From: a virus
IMG/VR virus record: IMGVR_UViG_3300021197_001350
Span: 1-64,000 of that record
Strand: one strand, 5' to 3'
Length of the DNA stretch: 64,000 bases
This document shows positions 40,114 to 48,952 of this stretch, in pieces; position 1 is the first letter of the stretch; each line of letters opens with the position of its first letter. The notes under the pieces were generated by a model. The model was given only the letters and a program-made list of their open reading frames with translations, was not told the DNA's origin and did no database searches. Position numbers and translations under genes: made by a program.

Positions 40114-42288
40114 CTACTGTTGTTGTGGTGGTGGCATATCCTGAGGTGGGGGAGCTGCTCCTTGTGGAGGCGGAGCTTGTTCTTGTGGTGGCATAAGCTC
40201 TTCACTTTCACCCTCCTCAAGTTCTAGTTTAACATCAAAGCCCGCTCCCGACTTCCTGAATATCTCATTGATTAACTCAAAAAGCCTACGCTTACCAACT
40301 GCCTCAACCACGGGTTGTATTTGAAGTATCTGCCCAAGTAGGGCAGTTAAAGTTTCAGCACTCTTAACATTGATAGAACGCTCTGGGCCATCCCTACTGC
40401 TAAAGAGATACTCATGCACCAAGCTTGCTGGAGTACCTACGACATTCCTGACCATAGGGTCTGAGATGTCGTACTGCTCATCCGAAGGCTCAAGTCCAGC
40501 TTCTCTTATTACACCCTCCGAGTATCTGTTCTTTACGGGGACATCAAACTCACTGGTACTGCAAGAAACCAAATGCTCATAAAGCATCTTCTTCATGCCC
40601 GCCCTCATTTCATCAATACCCTCTGATACGAATGAGTATATAGACTCCACACTGGTACTCATCTCCTGAACCTCAGTAGCCGATATCTCTCTTGGAGCTG
40701 GCTGCCCAACCTCTTGCGGTGAAAGAACTAACATACGCTCAACAATACCAAGCAACTGAGATATAGCCTGTAAGCTTTGGTTTACAGTGTTACCCATGTC
40801 TGCCTGAACCACATTCACAAAGTTCTTTGCATCTAGACCAAGGTCTCCCATCTTTTGACCAGAGTATAGTAATAGCTTTGGATTAACATAATAATCCGAT
40901 GCCTTCATAGTCTGCTCAATATAATCCTTCACTTCATCATCTAAGGCATCCTTATCGACTGCCCAAATCTGAGTTAAGCCAATCTTCATATTAAGAAGCA
41001 TTTGACTAAGCAAGTTACTAAGCTGATCCTGGTATGGCATTATCTCCATAGCCATACTATTATTCATTACCCTTGAGTCATTCTCATTTAAACCGCCATA
41101 GATTGCAGGTATACTAGGCATGAACTCAGAGTAAACCACTGTGGAATCACTTGCTACAACAAGCCTGAGCCAGACATCATAAGGGTAATTACCTATACCC
41201 CTATCCCTTGGGTTTACCTTCATAAATAAGTTGGTAAGGAACACTCCCTTGTCCCCATCCTCAGATGAGTATATACCAGTATTACTAGTTCTCTCATTCT
41301 GGAAAGGAGTGTTAGGAACTTCTGAATGTTGAGGTGTTGGCCACCTAAGCACAGAAGGGGGATAGTAATATGAAAAGAACTGCTGGTACTGCTGGTATAC
41401 TCCAAACAATGTACTCTCATATCCTATGTCAGAAATATTATAATACTCGGGGTTATCCTGAATGGATGAATAATTAACCACATCCCAATACCCTAGCCAT
41501 GTTGGGCCTGTATCTGTATTTACACCTGGCAATGGTTGGGATAAATCCCTGAATACCCGACTAGGGTGAGGGTTAATAAACTCCATACCCTCACGGGTTA
41601 CATAGTTCTCAAGGTCATCTGTTTCACCAAACTCACTTCTTGCATATCTCCATTGACAATCCCGAGTCCACCTTTCGCGAGGAAAGACCACCGAATGACC
41701 ATACATGAACATATCCCTAATATACTGAGAGAAGTTATGTCTCATTCCAAACTGATCCACCATGATCTCAATCCTCTGACTCAAGGCATCACCCCTGAGT
41801 TTAGCTGGTAGTGCGGTAGACCTAGCCTCATATTTAAAATAAGGATAAAGATTATTAAACCTAGACACCTGCGCGGCAACCCGTCTGGTTACATATGAGC
41901 GAATAAGATTCATTGAGGTTTCATACAACCTCATTAGGTTTATTTTCTTAACACCGCCCGTCTCATCCCTCTCACAAAAATCGTCTGCACAACCTAAACC
42001 TGAAAGCTTTTCACCCGCCTGATTCATGGATATCTTACCTTGTGCGTACAACAATAAAGGTATTGTGGTTTTATTTATAGCCTGACTATCCCAAGCTAGA
42101 TCCACAGCCATATAGGGGTCGCTTGTAGATGCCGACCAGTTTACCCCCTCATATACTCGACTTTCTATTTCGTTCTCAAACTTTTGCTTAATAGCCCAGT
42201 CCGAACTTTCCATATCCTTACAGGTGAATATCTCTCGCAACCTTTGCTGCGTACACCCATACTTTTCGAGTATTTCTAAATTTACCAT
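40114..42288 (-). CDS. Portal protein
   Basis: 724 aa, downstream of terL; podovirus-portal-like SATEV motif; Q/P-rich tail. Confidence 0.8.
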   Translation of the reverse strand: MVNLEILEKYGCTQQRLREIFTCKDMESSDWAIKQKFENEIESRVYEGVNWSASTSDPYMAVDLAWDSQAINKTTIPLLLYAQGKISMNQAGEKLSGLGCADDFCERDETGGVKKINLMRLYETSMNLIRSYVTRRVAAQVSRFNNLYPYFKYEARSTALPAKLRGDALSQRIEIMVDQFGMRHNFSQYIRDMFMYGHSVVFPRERWTRDCQWRYARSEFGETDDLENYVTREGMEFINPHPSRVFRDLSQPLPGVNTDTGPTWLGYWDVVNYSSIQDNPEYYNISDIGYESTLFGVYQQYQQFFSYYYPPSVLRWPTPQHSEVPNTPFQNERTSNTGIYSSEDGDKGVFLTNLFMKVNPRDRGIGNYPYDVWLRLVVASDSTVVYSEFMPSIPAIYGGLNENDSRVMNNSMAMEIMPYQDQLSNLLSQMLLNMKIGLTQIWAVDKDALDDEVKDYIEQTMKASDYYVNPKLLLYSGQKMGDLGLDAKNFVNVVQADMGNTVNQSLQAISQLLGIVERMLVLSPQEVGQPAPREISATEVQEMSTSVESIYSFVSEGIDEMRAGMKKMLYEHLVSCSTSEFDVPVKNRYSEGVIREAGLEPSDEQYDISDPMVRNVVGTPASLVHEYLFSSRDGPERSINVKSAETLTALLGQILQIQPVVEAVGKRRLFELINEIFRKSGAGFDVKLELEEGESEELMPPQEQAPPPQGAAPPPQDMPPPQQQ

Positions 42289-42566
42289 TTTTCTTTATTT
42301 GCCCAGTACGCTGCAGACATCTTGCCCTTAGCGATGTTCTTGCCGTGCCTAGCCTTAAAGCTTTTGCGTTTAGCCTTCATCTTAGCTGACTCGCCCGCCT
42401 TAGGCTTGCCTGCTGTCTTAGCTCCCTTTTCGCCAAACCTAATTGTTTTTATGTTATTACCATCCTTAGCCACAACAATATGTGACTTCTTGGAGTGACC
42501 TGGAGTTCTCTTGGGTTTGTTGTAGCCGCTCACCCCTGCCCTTGCTAGCCTTGCATCCTTCTTCAT
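42282..42566 (-). CDS. Small basic conserved phage protein (IRFG...RKSFKARH...SAAYWANKEKW)
   Basis: Motif typical of small proteins near phage portal genes; start revised to ATG 42566 (ATGA overlap, GGAG SD). Confidence 0.7.
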   Translation of the reverse strand: MKKDARLARAGVSGYNKPKRTPGHSKKSHIVVAKDGNNIKTIRFGEKGAKTAGKPKAGESAKMKAKRKSFKARHGKNIAKGKMSAAYWANKEKW

Positions 42567-42886
42567 GTCATCTCCTTTCCGCATACAGGGCAATCGGTTC
42601 TACCCTGCAGTGCAAATAAATGTAATGGTATAACCTTCCCCTCAGCCACATCATCAGTAGCGCCTCTTAGGAAAAGTCTTTCCATTTGTGTTAAAAGGAT
42701 TTTTACTGGGCCAGGAAAAGTTCCACTCTTTATATACCTGTCCATGCTTTTTGGTGGTACTAGTATAAGAGAACCAAGTTCCGAAATTGTAATCTCCAGA
42801 AAACCACATAAACGCTCTACCCTTGTTCTGCTCCATCTTGGTAAGTTTTTCCTGTGATAGTTTTCGACTAACTTACCCGAGGTCAC
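42563..42886 (-). CDS. Putative HTH DNA-binding protein
   Basis: LEITISELGSLILVPPKSMDRYIKSG is HTH-like. Confidence 0.5.
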   Translation of the reverse strand: MTSGKLVENYHRKNLPRWSRTRVERLCGFLEITISELGSLILVPPKSMDRYIKSGTFPGPVKILLTQMERLFLRGATDDVAEGKVIPLHLFALQGRTDCPVCGKEMT

Positions 42887-43209
42887 ACCTCTTCAAGCAT
42901 CTCCTCATCATTGTAATTATCGGGAGATAGTAGCACATCATCAGCTAAATCACTTGCCTCAAACTCTGGAATAGATTCCTCGGTCTGCCCTGTAAACTCC
43001 TCTGCTGCTGGGCTAGCCTGATAGTCGGCATATGGGTCTCTGTCCACATTTGTTATAACCCCAACAAGCCTACGCTCATCGTACTCCTGTATCCCTATAG
43101 AAACATTAAGAGATATACTACCACCTACAGATGGTGCTAGAGCGTCTATAAATGCACGCATATCCTGGTTGTCTGCGTAGTTTAATGAAATTGTATTTTC
43201 TTGTGCCAT
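42883..43209 (-). CDS. Acidic hypothetical protein
   Basis: ORF track; operon context. Confidence 0.6.
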   Translation of the reverse strand: MAQENTISLNYADNQDMRAFIDALAPSVGGSISLNVSIGIQEYDERRLVGVITNVDRDPYADYQASPAAEEFTGQTEESIPEFEASDLADDVLLSPDNYNDEEMLEEV

Positions 43210-43245
43210 ATGATTACCTTACTATTTTATTTTATAAAATCAAGT

Positions 43246-44796
43246 TTAATTAACTCCCCCTATCTCAAATATCTCACTCACGGAACTTACAGCCCCATGT
43301 GCTGGCCCCACATCAAGGTATATCATTGGATATGTCAAGGCATCAAATGTATGAATATACCTAGATCTCCTTGGCTTGTACATTACAGTGGGGTCATACT
43401 TGCCATACTTAACCCTTTCGGAAACGAGATTATAGAACATAGCTTTAACCTCCTTTAAATCACGAGACATTACGAATTCATTTTCCTGTAACTTCTGAAC
43501 AAGTAACCTAACCCTAGCCTCAACCGAACCCTTAAACTTAGGAGCTGCCTTCATCCTAATAGGTTCAAGCCCAAATGTTTCCGACTTCTCCTTTGATATT
43601 CTTTCTATATCCAAAACATCGTAAGATCCATTTTGACCACCTGGCCTAAACTGATTAAACGCTGAGTTATCCGAGTAATGTTTATAACTGAAATCCCAAT
43701 TCATAACCCTGTTCCAGTATGACATCTTTCTCATAAGCCTTATAACAAGCTCATCATATGATACTTTTTCATTATTTATTATCAATTCATCAAATACAGC
43801 CCATATGGTTTTATCACTACCTATTACTTGCTGCATGAAAACTATACCATGATTAACCAAACCTAAGTCATACCCGATAATAATTGGGAACTCAGGATTA
43901 GGCACAACCTTCTCTTTACCCCCGCCAACTATATGGATGTTATCATGGAAGTAACTTTTAAAGATAGCATCACCAAGGGGTACATCCACCCACTCACCCA
44001 GCACCATTCTGCGATATTCATATTCGTTATTCTTGGTGGCCTCCTTTACTCGGTCATAATATCCCTCAGGTAGGTTCTCCTCATTCTCAGCTACATCCAG
44101 GAAGTACTTCTCGTAATCATTGTTATACTCCCCTGTTTCTTTATCGAGAGGTGCTTCCCACCACCTTTTGTAAACCCAATGATTTGGCCCAGCGGGATTG
44201 CACGCTGCACAGTACTGTTGAACTCCGTCAATACCAGGTCTTCGACCAAGTTGCTGAACCATAGCATCAAAGTACACAGAGCTATCCAAGTTAGTAAGCT
44301 CATCAACAAAAAGGTATGAAGGCTCAAACCCCTTCACCCTATTGCCAACCAAAGTTCCATGCGGTATTGATATTAAATATATCCTACTCCAGCTTCCGAA
44401 TTTATTTTGAACATCAATATATATATTCTTCTGAGTGTCCTGCCTTTCTTCGGTGAACTCCATTCCTATACCATCTTTCCATATAGGTAGTACTTCCGTG
44501 ATCAACTTGTGCCACACTCCACCAAGTACAGCCTGCGACCTAACCCCTACAATTATTAAACATAGTGCATTAAAGTTTTCCCATGCGTGCTTCACAAGCT
44601 TATGTCCACCAAGGACATAGGTCTTACCAGACCCACGATTACCATGTGCTAGTATATACTTTGCGTCTGAATCAAAAATCTTATCCTGTGTGGGCGAAAG
44701 TGATGGCCTCCAGTTTGGATCATAAGAATCCTCCGACTCCACCTCGTCAGCAAGCTCACTTAGTTTTCCTAGCAGATTTTCTTTTGTTACTTTCAT
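43246..44796 (-). CDS. terL: Terminase large subunit
   Basis: Walker A GNRGSGKT, Walker B LFVDE, motif III ACNP, nuclease motifs IIGYDLG and HTFDALTY. Confidence 0.95.
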   Translation of the reverse strand: MKVTKENLLGKLSELADEVESEDSYDPNWRPSLSPTQDKIFDSDAKYILAHGNRGSGKTYVLGGHKLVKHAWENFNALCLIIVGVRSQAVLGGVWHKLITEVLPIWKDGIGMEFTEERQDTQKNIYIDVQNKFGSWSRIYLISIPHGTLVGNRVKGFEPSYLFVDELTNLDSSVYFDAMVQQLGRRPGIDGVQQYCAACNPAGPNHWVYKRWWEAPLDKETGEYNNDYEKYFLDVAENEENLPEGYYDRVKEATKNNEYEYRRMVLGEWVDVPLGDAIFKSYFHDNIHIVGGGKEKVVPNPEFPIIIGYDLGLVNHGIVFMQQVIGSDKTIWAVFDELIINNEKVSYDELVIRLMRKMSYWNRVMNWDFSYKHYSDNSAFNQFRPGGQNGSYDVLDIERISKEKSETFGLEPIRMKAAPKFKGSVEARVRLLVQKLQENEFVMSRDLKEVKAMFYNLVSERVKYGKYDPTVMYKPRRSRYIHTFDALTYPMIYLDVGPAHGAVSSVSEIFEIGGVN

Positions 44797-44944
44797 ATCT
44801 ATTTATCTGCGGACTATCCGCCATCATTTTCTTAACGCTCTTACACCAGTGGCATTGACCAAGTTTACTAACATATGTAAGCTCAGTCCAACCTAGTTTA
44901 GATGCACAGGTTCTACAAACAAAAGCACTATAAGTTTTTTCCAT
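44756..44944 (-). CDS. Small CxxC-CxxC zinc-finger protein
   Basis: CRTC and CHWC pairs. Confidence 0.5.
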   Translation of the reverse strand: MEKTYSAFVCRTCASKLGWTELTYVSKLGQCHWCKSVKKMMADSPQINRYESNKRKSARKTK

Positions 44945-45221
44945 GTATATAGCCGTAGAAATAAGCCAGTCTAACGAAGTATCTCATTTTCATAATAGAA
45001 AGTTCGGTAGATGCGTCATGCCTTTCGTCAAACAACTCCCATCCTAAATTCATATCTTCAAGCTGTTCATCGGTTAACTCAGGTATATCTACTGATTCTT
45101 CTCTTTCAATGGAGCGAATCCAGGTTTTGCCTTCTTCTTCGGCGTTGTGCTTTCTGCCATCTTCACAGAGGCTAGCGTTCCGCTCAATACTCTGTCGTAG
45201 GTGTTTATCAATGTTTTGCAT
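44928..45221 (-). CDS. Hypothetical protein, start uncertain
   Basis: Fills the gap 44944-45089; 5' part overlaps the upstream gene by 133 nt. Confidence 0.4.
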   Translation of the reverse strand: MQNIDKHLRQSIERNASLCEDGRKHNAEEEGKTWIRSIEREESVDIPELTDEQLEDMNLGWELFDERHDASTELSIMKMRYFVRLAYFYGYIHGKNL

Positions 45222-45742
45222 ATTTCGTTATAATGTTTCTGTGCCGCCATTCGCTGATCCCACTCTATACCATCATCCTCCAACTCCTCACCCCTGCAAC
45301 GCTCAGCCTCCTGAAATAAAGCTGCAGCCTGATACAGGAGCATTCGGTGCATAAGGTCAAGCCCCCCAATAAGCATTCGCCATCCATTGTCATCCATCTT
45401 GGAGAACAACTCTAACTTTTTGCAAGTCTCCTCACTTATCCCAGCTTTCCTTAACCCCTCATTAAGTAACTGAGAGTTCATCTTCTGCATAGCATCAGCC
45501 AACTTTGCATCCTGCGTATCTGTCTTAGGCTGCCTAATCATAGCCTCGATTTCGTCAGGCACTGGAGAAGAGGGTGACTCCTTGATATACAAGGATCTAA
45601 GTTGCTTGTCTGAACTAATTCTTTTCCTAAGTGATGTCTCGCTTACATTTAAAGCTTCTGCTGCCAGCTTTATACTACCAACCTGACTCATGGCATCCAT
45701 GATTAAGTCATTCGGTATAGAGATCTTTTTTATTTTCGGCAT
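45089..45742 (-). CDS. HTH protein, probable terminase small subunit
   Basis: GSIKLAAEALNVSETSLRKRI HTH; helical body; upstream of terL. Confidence 0.55.
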   Translation of the reverse strand: MPKIKKISIPNDLIMDAMSQVGSIKLAAEALNVSETSLRKRISSDKQLRSLYIKESPSSPVPDEIEAMIRQPKTDTQDAKLADAMQKMNSQLLNEGLRKAGISEETCKKLELFSKMDDNGWRMLIGGLDLMHRMLLYQAAALFQEAERCRGEELEDDGIEWDQRMAAQKHYNEICKTLINTYDRVLSGTLASVKMAESTTPKKKAKPGFAPLKEKNQ

Positions 45743-46065
45743 TTCGTTTTCTTATATTTCTTAAATTTTAATACTTTAAATAACTCCCAAACCCTTTGTG
45801 TCCAACTGTTTTTGAGTTTTATATCCTTCTCCTTCTTCCTTATCTTTATCTTACAAAGCTTAGCTTCCGCTTTATACAAACCCCAGAAAGATTTCTTGTG
45901 TATATCTTTAAGCTCAGCAACATCTTCTCTTATCTCCTTAAGTTGTTCCTCAAGAGCTATCCTTTGTGCTGCTATCTCTATAAGTCTCTCATCAGTATCC
46001 ATAGCTTTCTTTAATTCTGATTCACTTATTATACCGTACTTAATTCCCTTTGGCGGCTTGAACAT
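45730..46065 (-). CDS. Basic coiled-coil hypothetical protein
   Basis: ORF track; operon overlaps. Confidence 0.55.
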   Translation of the reverse strand: MFKPPKGIKYGIISESELKKAMDTDERLIEIAAQRIALEEQLKEIREDVAELKDIHKKSFWGLYKAEAKLCKIKIRKKEKDIKLKNSWTQRVWELFKVLKFKKYKKTKCRK

Positions 46066-46402
46066 GATGTATTAATGGTTTGAAGAATGTATTCCAGTGT
46101 GAATGTTTTTTTAGATATGCAAAGGTTGGGCCTGAGTTTAAGTATGCACTCGCCCTATTCCTGTCTGCTGCATTGCATGGATCAAACGCACAGGCATCAC
46201 AGAAAGCCTTTGCCTCCCCCACCTTAACATTGTCCCACTCCCTGGACATTGATATCTCTATAATTCGGTCTACAGGCATCCTTGACAGGACTGCAATCTC
46301 CTGATTGGATATAGCCTCAACCTTAGACTTTGAGTTGTTGATACTTCGCCTCGCGAGTAACCTGACGAGTGAAGGCGAAAATTTTTCTAAATAAATCCAC
46401 AT
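46040..46402 (-). CDS. Putative XRE-like HTH regulator, first gene of the leftward operon
   Basis: ISNQEIAVLSRMPVDRIIEIS is HTH-like; start revised to ATG 46402. Confidence 0.5.
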   Translation of the reverse strand: MWIYLEKFSPSLVRLLARRSINNSKSKVEAISNQEIAVLSRMPVDRIIEISMSREWDNVKVGEAKAFCDACAFDPCNAADRNRASAYLNSGPTFAYLKKHSHWNTFFKPLIHHVQAAKGN

Positions 46403-46433
46403 ATTTTCTTTTTTAAAATATATTTTTAGATAC

Positions 46434-46463
46434 TTGACAAGCATAAAGTTTATACCTTAATAT
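46434..46463 (+). promoter_or_regulatory. Sigma70-like promoter for the replication operon
   Basis: TTGACA (46434) - 18 nt - TAATAT (46458) in the divergent intergenic region. Confidence 0.55.
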
Positions 46464-46492
46464 CCCTTACTTTAATCTAACCCACAAAAATT

Positions 46493-46753
46493 ATGGCACA
46501 AAAAAAAGATATGGTTCAAGTTTCCGTATCAATCAGGCGAGACAAACATGACTTCCTAAAAGCATGGTCTGATGAGCGAGACGAAAGTATAGCGACAATC
46601 TGCAGAGGCTGGATATATACAGGCATTGCAGACCTACAGGATGCATTAGGGCATTTTAATGTTGGGCCTCAGCAGACAGCTGAAGAGCCAATGGAATTGG
46701 AAATACCTGAAGGAGATATCCCTGATGAAGGAAGCGTGGAACAAACTCAGTAG
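46493..46753 (+). CDS. Ribbon-helix-helix (Arc/CopG-like) regulator with acidic tail
   Basis: MVQVSVSIRRDKHDFLKAWSDERDESIATICRGWI fits the strand-helix-helix pattern. Confidence 0.75.
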   Translation: MAQKKDMVQVSVSIRRDKHDFLKAWSDERDESIATICRGWIYTGIADLQDALGHFNVGPQQTAEEPMELEIPEGDIPDEGSVEQTQ

Positions 46754-47351
46754 TGTTGACTGCTCTAAGCATATAGAAAAGAAAGGAAACCTTTCTTATT
46801 TGTCTTGGGCTTGGGCTTGGTCACAACTATGCGACAACTATCCTGACTCAACTTTTGAGTTTGAAAAGACAGATACAGGCTCTGAGTTTTGGCCAATGCC
46901 TGATGGATCAGGAGAGGTAAGATGCTCACTCACCGTGTCAGGTATTACAAGAACCTGCTGGCTTCCAGTGATGGACTACAAGAATAAAGCCATCCCCAAC
47001 CCTAACGCAAGAGATGTCAATGATGCTAAAATGCGTTGTTTAGTTAAGGCGATAGCGTTGTTTGGATTGGGTCTATACATCTATGCAGGTGAGGATATTC
47101 CAAATAATAAACCATCGTCCGATGTTAAAACAACAACACCACTGCCCAAGGAGGAGCATGATGACTTCATGCTTGAGTCTGAACCTCAGGCTAATTGGAA
47201 GAAGGGTGTTGTTCCTATTGGGAAAAGCCAAGGTAAGACCCTTGGAGACCTGAATAAAGAAACGATGGAAAAGATCTGGGAGCATAGGGAAATGGTAAAA
47301 GATTACCCTGACTTCATGGGTAGCCTTCAGGAGTGGAGGAAGTCTCTGTGA
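46725..47351 (+). CDS. Sak / DUF1071 (Rad52-like) single-strand annealing protein
   Basis: KKGNLSYLSWAWAW, LPVMDYKNKAI and RCLVKAIALFGLGLYIYAGED signatures; start revised to ATG 46725. Confidence 0.9.
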   Translation: MKEAWNKLSSVDCSKHIEKKGNLSYLSWAWAWSQLCDNYPDSTFEFEKTDTGSEFWPMPDGSGEVRCSLTVSGITRTCWLPVMDYKNKAIPNPNARDVNDAKMRCLVKAIALFGLGLYIYAGEDIPNNKPSSDVKTTTPLPKEEHDDFMLESEPQANWKKGVVPIGKSQGKTLGDLNKETMEKIWEHREMVKDYPDFMGSLQEWRKSL

Positions 47352-47545
47352 AGATTGAATGGGCTGATATATTTATCGTACTATTCTGCACCGCATTGAT
47401 GGTACTTGTCATGTCCTTCATATTCGGTTGCTCTTCAACTTGTAGGAAAAAGGTCTGTTGCCCCGAACAGGGGCATGGGCCTTGTCCTATATGCACTAAT
47501 ATAATATACGACTCAGGAGATATAATCTATGGACGAAAGAGGTAA
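47348..47545 (+). CDS. Small Cys-rich putative lipoprotein
   Basis: Hydrophobic stretch ending IFG-C; GTGA overlap with upstream stop. Confidence 0.5.
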   Translation: MKIEWADIFIVLFCTALMVLVMSFIFGCSSTCRKKVCCPEQGHGPCPICTNIIYDSGDIIYGRKR

Positions 47546-48599
47546 CGCACCTTCAGCTTCAGGTATAGGCAGGCTACAGCTATGCCCTGGCAGTTGGAAT
47601 CTAGAAAAACAGTTTCCTGAGGTTGAATCAGCAGAGGCTACCGAGGGTACGATTAGGCATGAACTTATTGCTGATGAAGAACTAAAGGTTGATAGCCTTG
47701 AGCCTGAGCGTAGGTTTGTTGTTTCTAAAGCAAGGAGCCTTACGGAAAAAGCGCGCAAAGAAGTTGGCTTTACTGAATCCTCAAAGATACATAAGGAGGA
47801 AAGGTATTGGTTACTGAATGAAGCAGGGGCTAGGGTACTGAGTGGTAAGTTCGATTATGCTGAGTATGAAGGCAAGACTGGTCTGATTATAGATTACAAG
47901 ACATTAGGCGGTTACCAAATAAATGCATATGACAACCTACAGCTTAGAGCCTATGCAGTCCTGTTTGCTGAGAAGCATGACCTTGATTGTGTTTATGTTT
48001 CACTAGTGCAACCACTGGGTATTGAAGCTTACTCGATAGATATGCTTAATAAGCAGGATCTAAGAAAAGCACGGGTAAATATACTTGATATACTAAAGGA
48101 TGCCCTGCATCCCAATGCACCAAGAAGACCGCACCCTAATGCCTGTAAGTATTGCAAAGCATTGGTACACTGCCCTGAAGTCAGGAATGTTATGGACACC
48201 ATAATAGAAATCGACTTAGACAAGCTTGAGGAACCCTATGAGATTGAAAGGTTAATAGGCGTTGCTCAGATAGCATCCAAGTGGTCAGACAGGTTGACTA
48301 AGTGGGTCAAGGAAAGACTCAAGGAGGATGATGAGTATCTCCCTAACTATAAGCTAAGGAAGACAGGCTCAGTTAAATCCATAAAGGATATGCCTAAAGC
48401 GATAAAGATCATTATGGATAAGCTAGGTATAAAAGATAAAGACCTTAGTAAGTACCTTAAGATAACCCTGTCCGATATTACAAAGCTATACGAGGAGAAG
48501 ACAGGAGATAAGAAGGGATCACGCAAGGCGGTAGAGGAGATGCTATCAGAAGTTATTGTTGCCAAAGAGAAGTCTCCCTCTTTACAAAAGTCTAAGTGA
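47529..48599 (+). CDS. PD-(D/E)xK Cas4-like exonuclease (DUF2800-like)
   Basis: SAS..R..LCPGS, GTIRHE, GKFD, IIDYKT, QLRAYA, CKYCKA..CP. Confidence 0.88.
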   Translation: MDERGNAPSASGIGRLQLCPGSWNLEKQFPEVESAEATEGTIRHELIADEELKVDSLEPERRFVVSKARSLTEKARKEVGFTESSKIHKEERYWLLNEAGARVLSGKFDYAEYEGKTGLIIDYKTLGGYQINAYDNLQLRAYAVLFAEKHDLDCVYVSLVQPLGIEAYSIDMLNKQDLRKARVNILDILKDALHPNAPRRPHPNACKYCKALVHCPEVRNVMDTIIEIDLDKLEEPYEIERLIGVAQIASKWSDRLTKWVKERLKEDDEYLPNYKLRKTGSVKSIKDMPKAIKIIMDKLGIKDKDLSKYLKITLSDITKLYEEKTGDKKGSRKAVEEMLSEVIVAKEKSPSLQKSK

Positions 48600-48952
48600 A
48601 TGACAAAGAGGAAGGAACCAAACCATCTGCTAGACAAAGGTCAAGTGCTTACCCTAACGCTAAAGGACTACAGAGTCCCAAGCCTCAACGTAGTGTTAGG
48701 GTCAAACCGATGGGCAAGGGTGAAGGCGAAGAAGGAATGCGGGCTGAGTATTCTATCTGCATTGAAAGCACTAGAGTCAACCTACTCGACCCAGACAACT
48801 ACTACATTAAAGATCTCATCGATCAACTCCGCTACGCTCGCATTATCCCTGAAGATGATCCGCAAACAGTCGAAATCGAAATCATCCCCAAAAAGGTCGC
48901 GGGCTACAAACAAGAAGAAACGAAAGTAAAAATAAAAAGAAATGGGAACTAA
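48596..48952 (+). CDS. rusA: RusA-like Holliday junction resolvase, catalytic (C-terminal) half
   Basis: LLDPDNYYIKDLIDQLRYARIIPEDD matches the RusA DxDN..K...D.L...DD catalytic motif; its own N-terminus is not RusA-like. Confidence 0.75.
   Translation: MNDKEEGTKPSARQRSSAYPNAKGLQSPKPQRSVRVKPMGKGEGEEGMRAEYSICIESTRVNLLDPDNYYIKDLIDQLRYARIIPEDDPQTVEIEIIPKKVAGYKQEETKVKIKRNGN
48600..48929 (+). CDS. Overlapping-frame ORF carrying the RusA-like N-terminal half
   Basis: LTLTLKDYRVPSLNVVLGSNRWARVKAKKE matches the RusA N-terminal strand-PSxN-helix; ATG directly after upstream stop. Confidence 0.65.
   Translation: MTKRKEPNHLLDKGQVLTLTLKDYRVPSLNVVLGSNRWARVKAKKECGLSILSALKALESTYSTQTTTTLKISSINSATLALSLKMIRKQSKSKSSPKRSRATNKKKRK

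Noticed and set aside
45089-45221. Programmed frameshift joining terS-like 45089..45742 to 44928..45221
   Set aside because: 133-nt overlap noted, but no slippery heptamer or stimulatory structure seen; an internal start is equally plausible
481-46304. Numerous plus-strand ORFs of 60-180 aa antisense to the structural genes
   Set aside because: They lie inside long minus-strand genes, lack SD or motifs, and show the S/L/I/P bias of antisense shadows
47529-48599. Cas4 as evidence for a CRISPR-Cas system
   Set aside because: Sits beside a Sak annealase in a standard phage recombination module; no array or other cas genes
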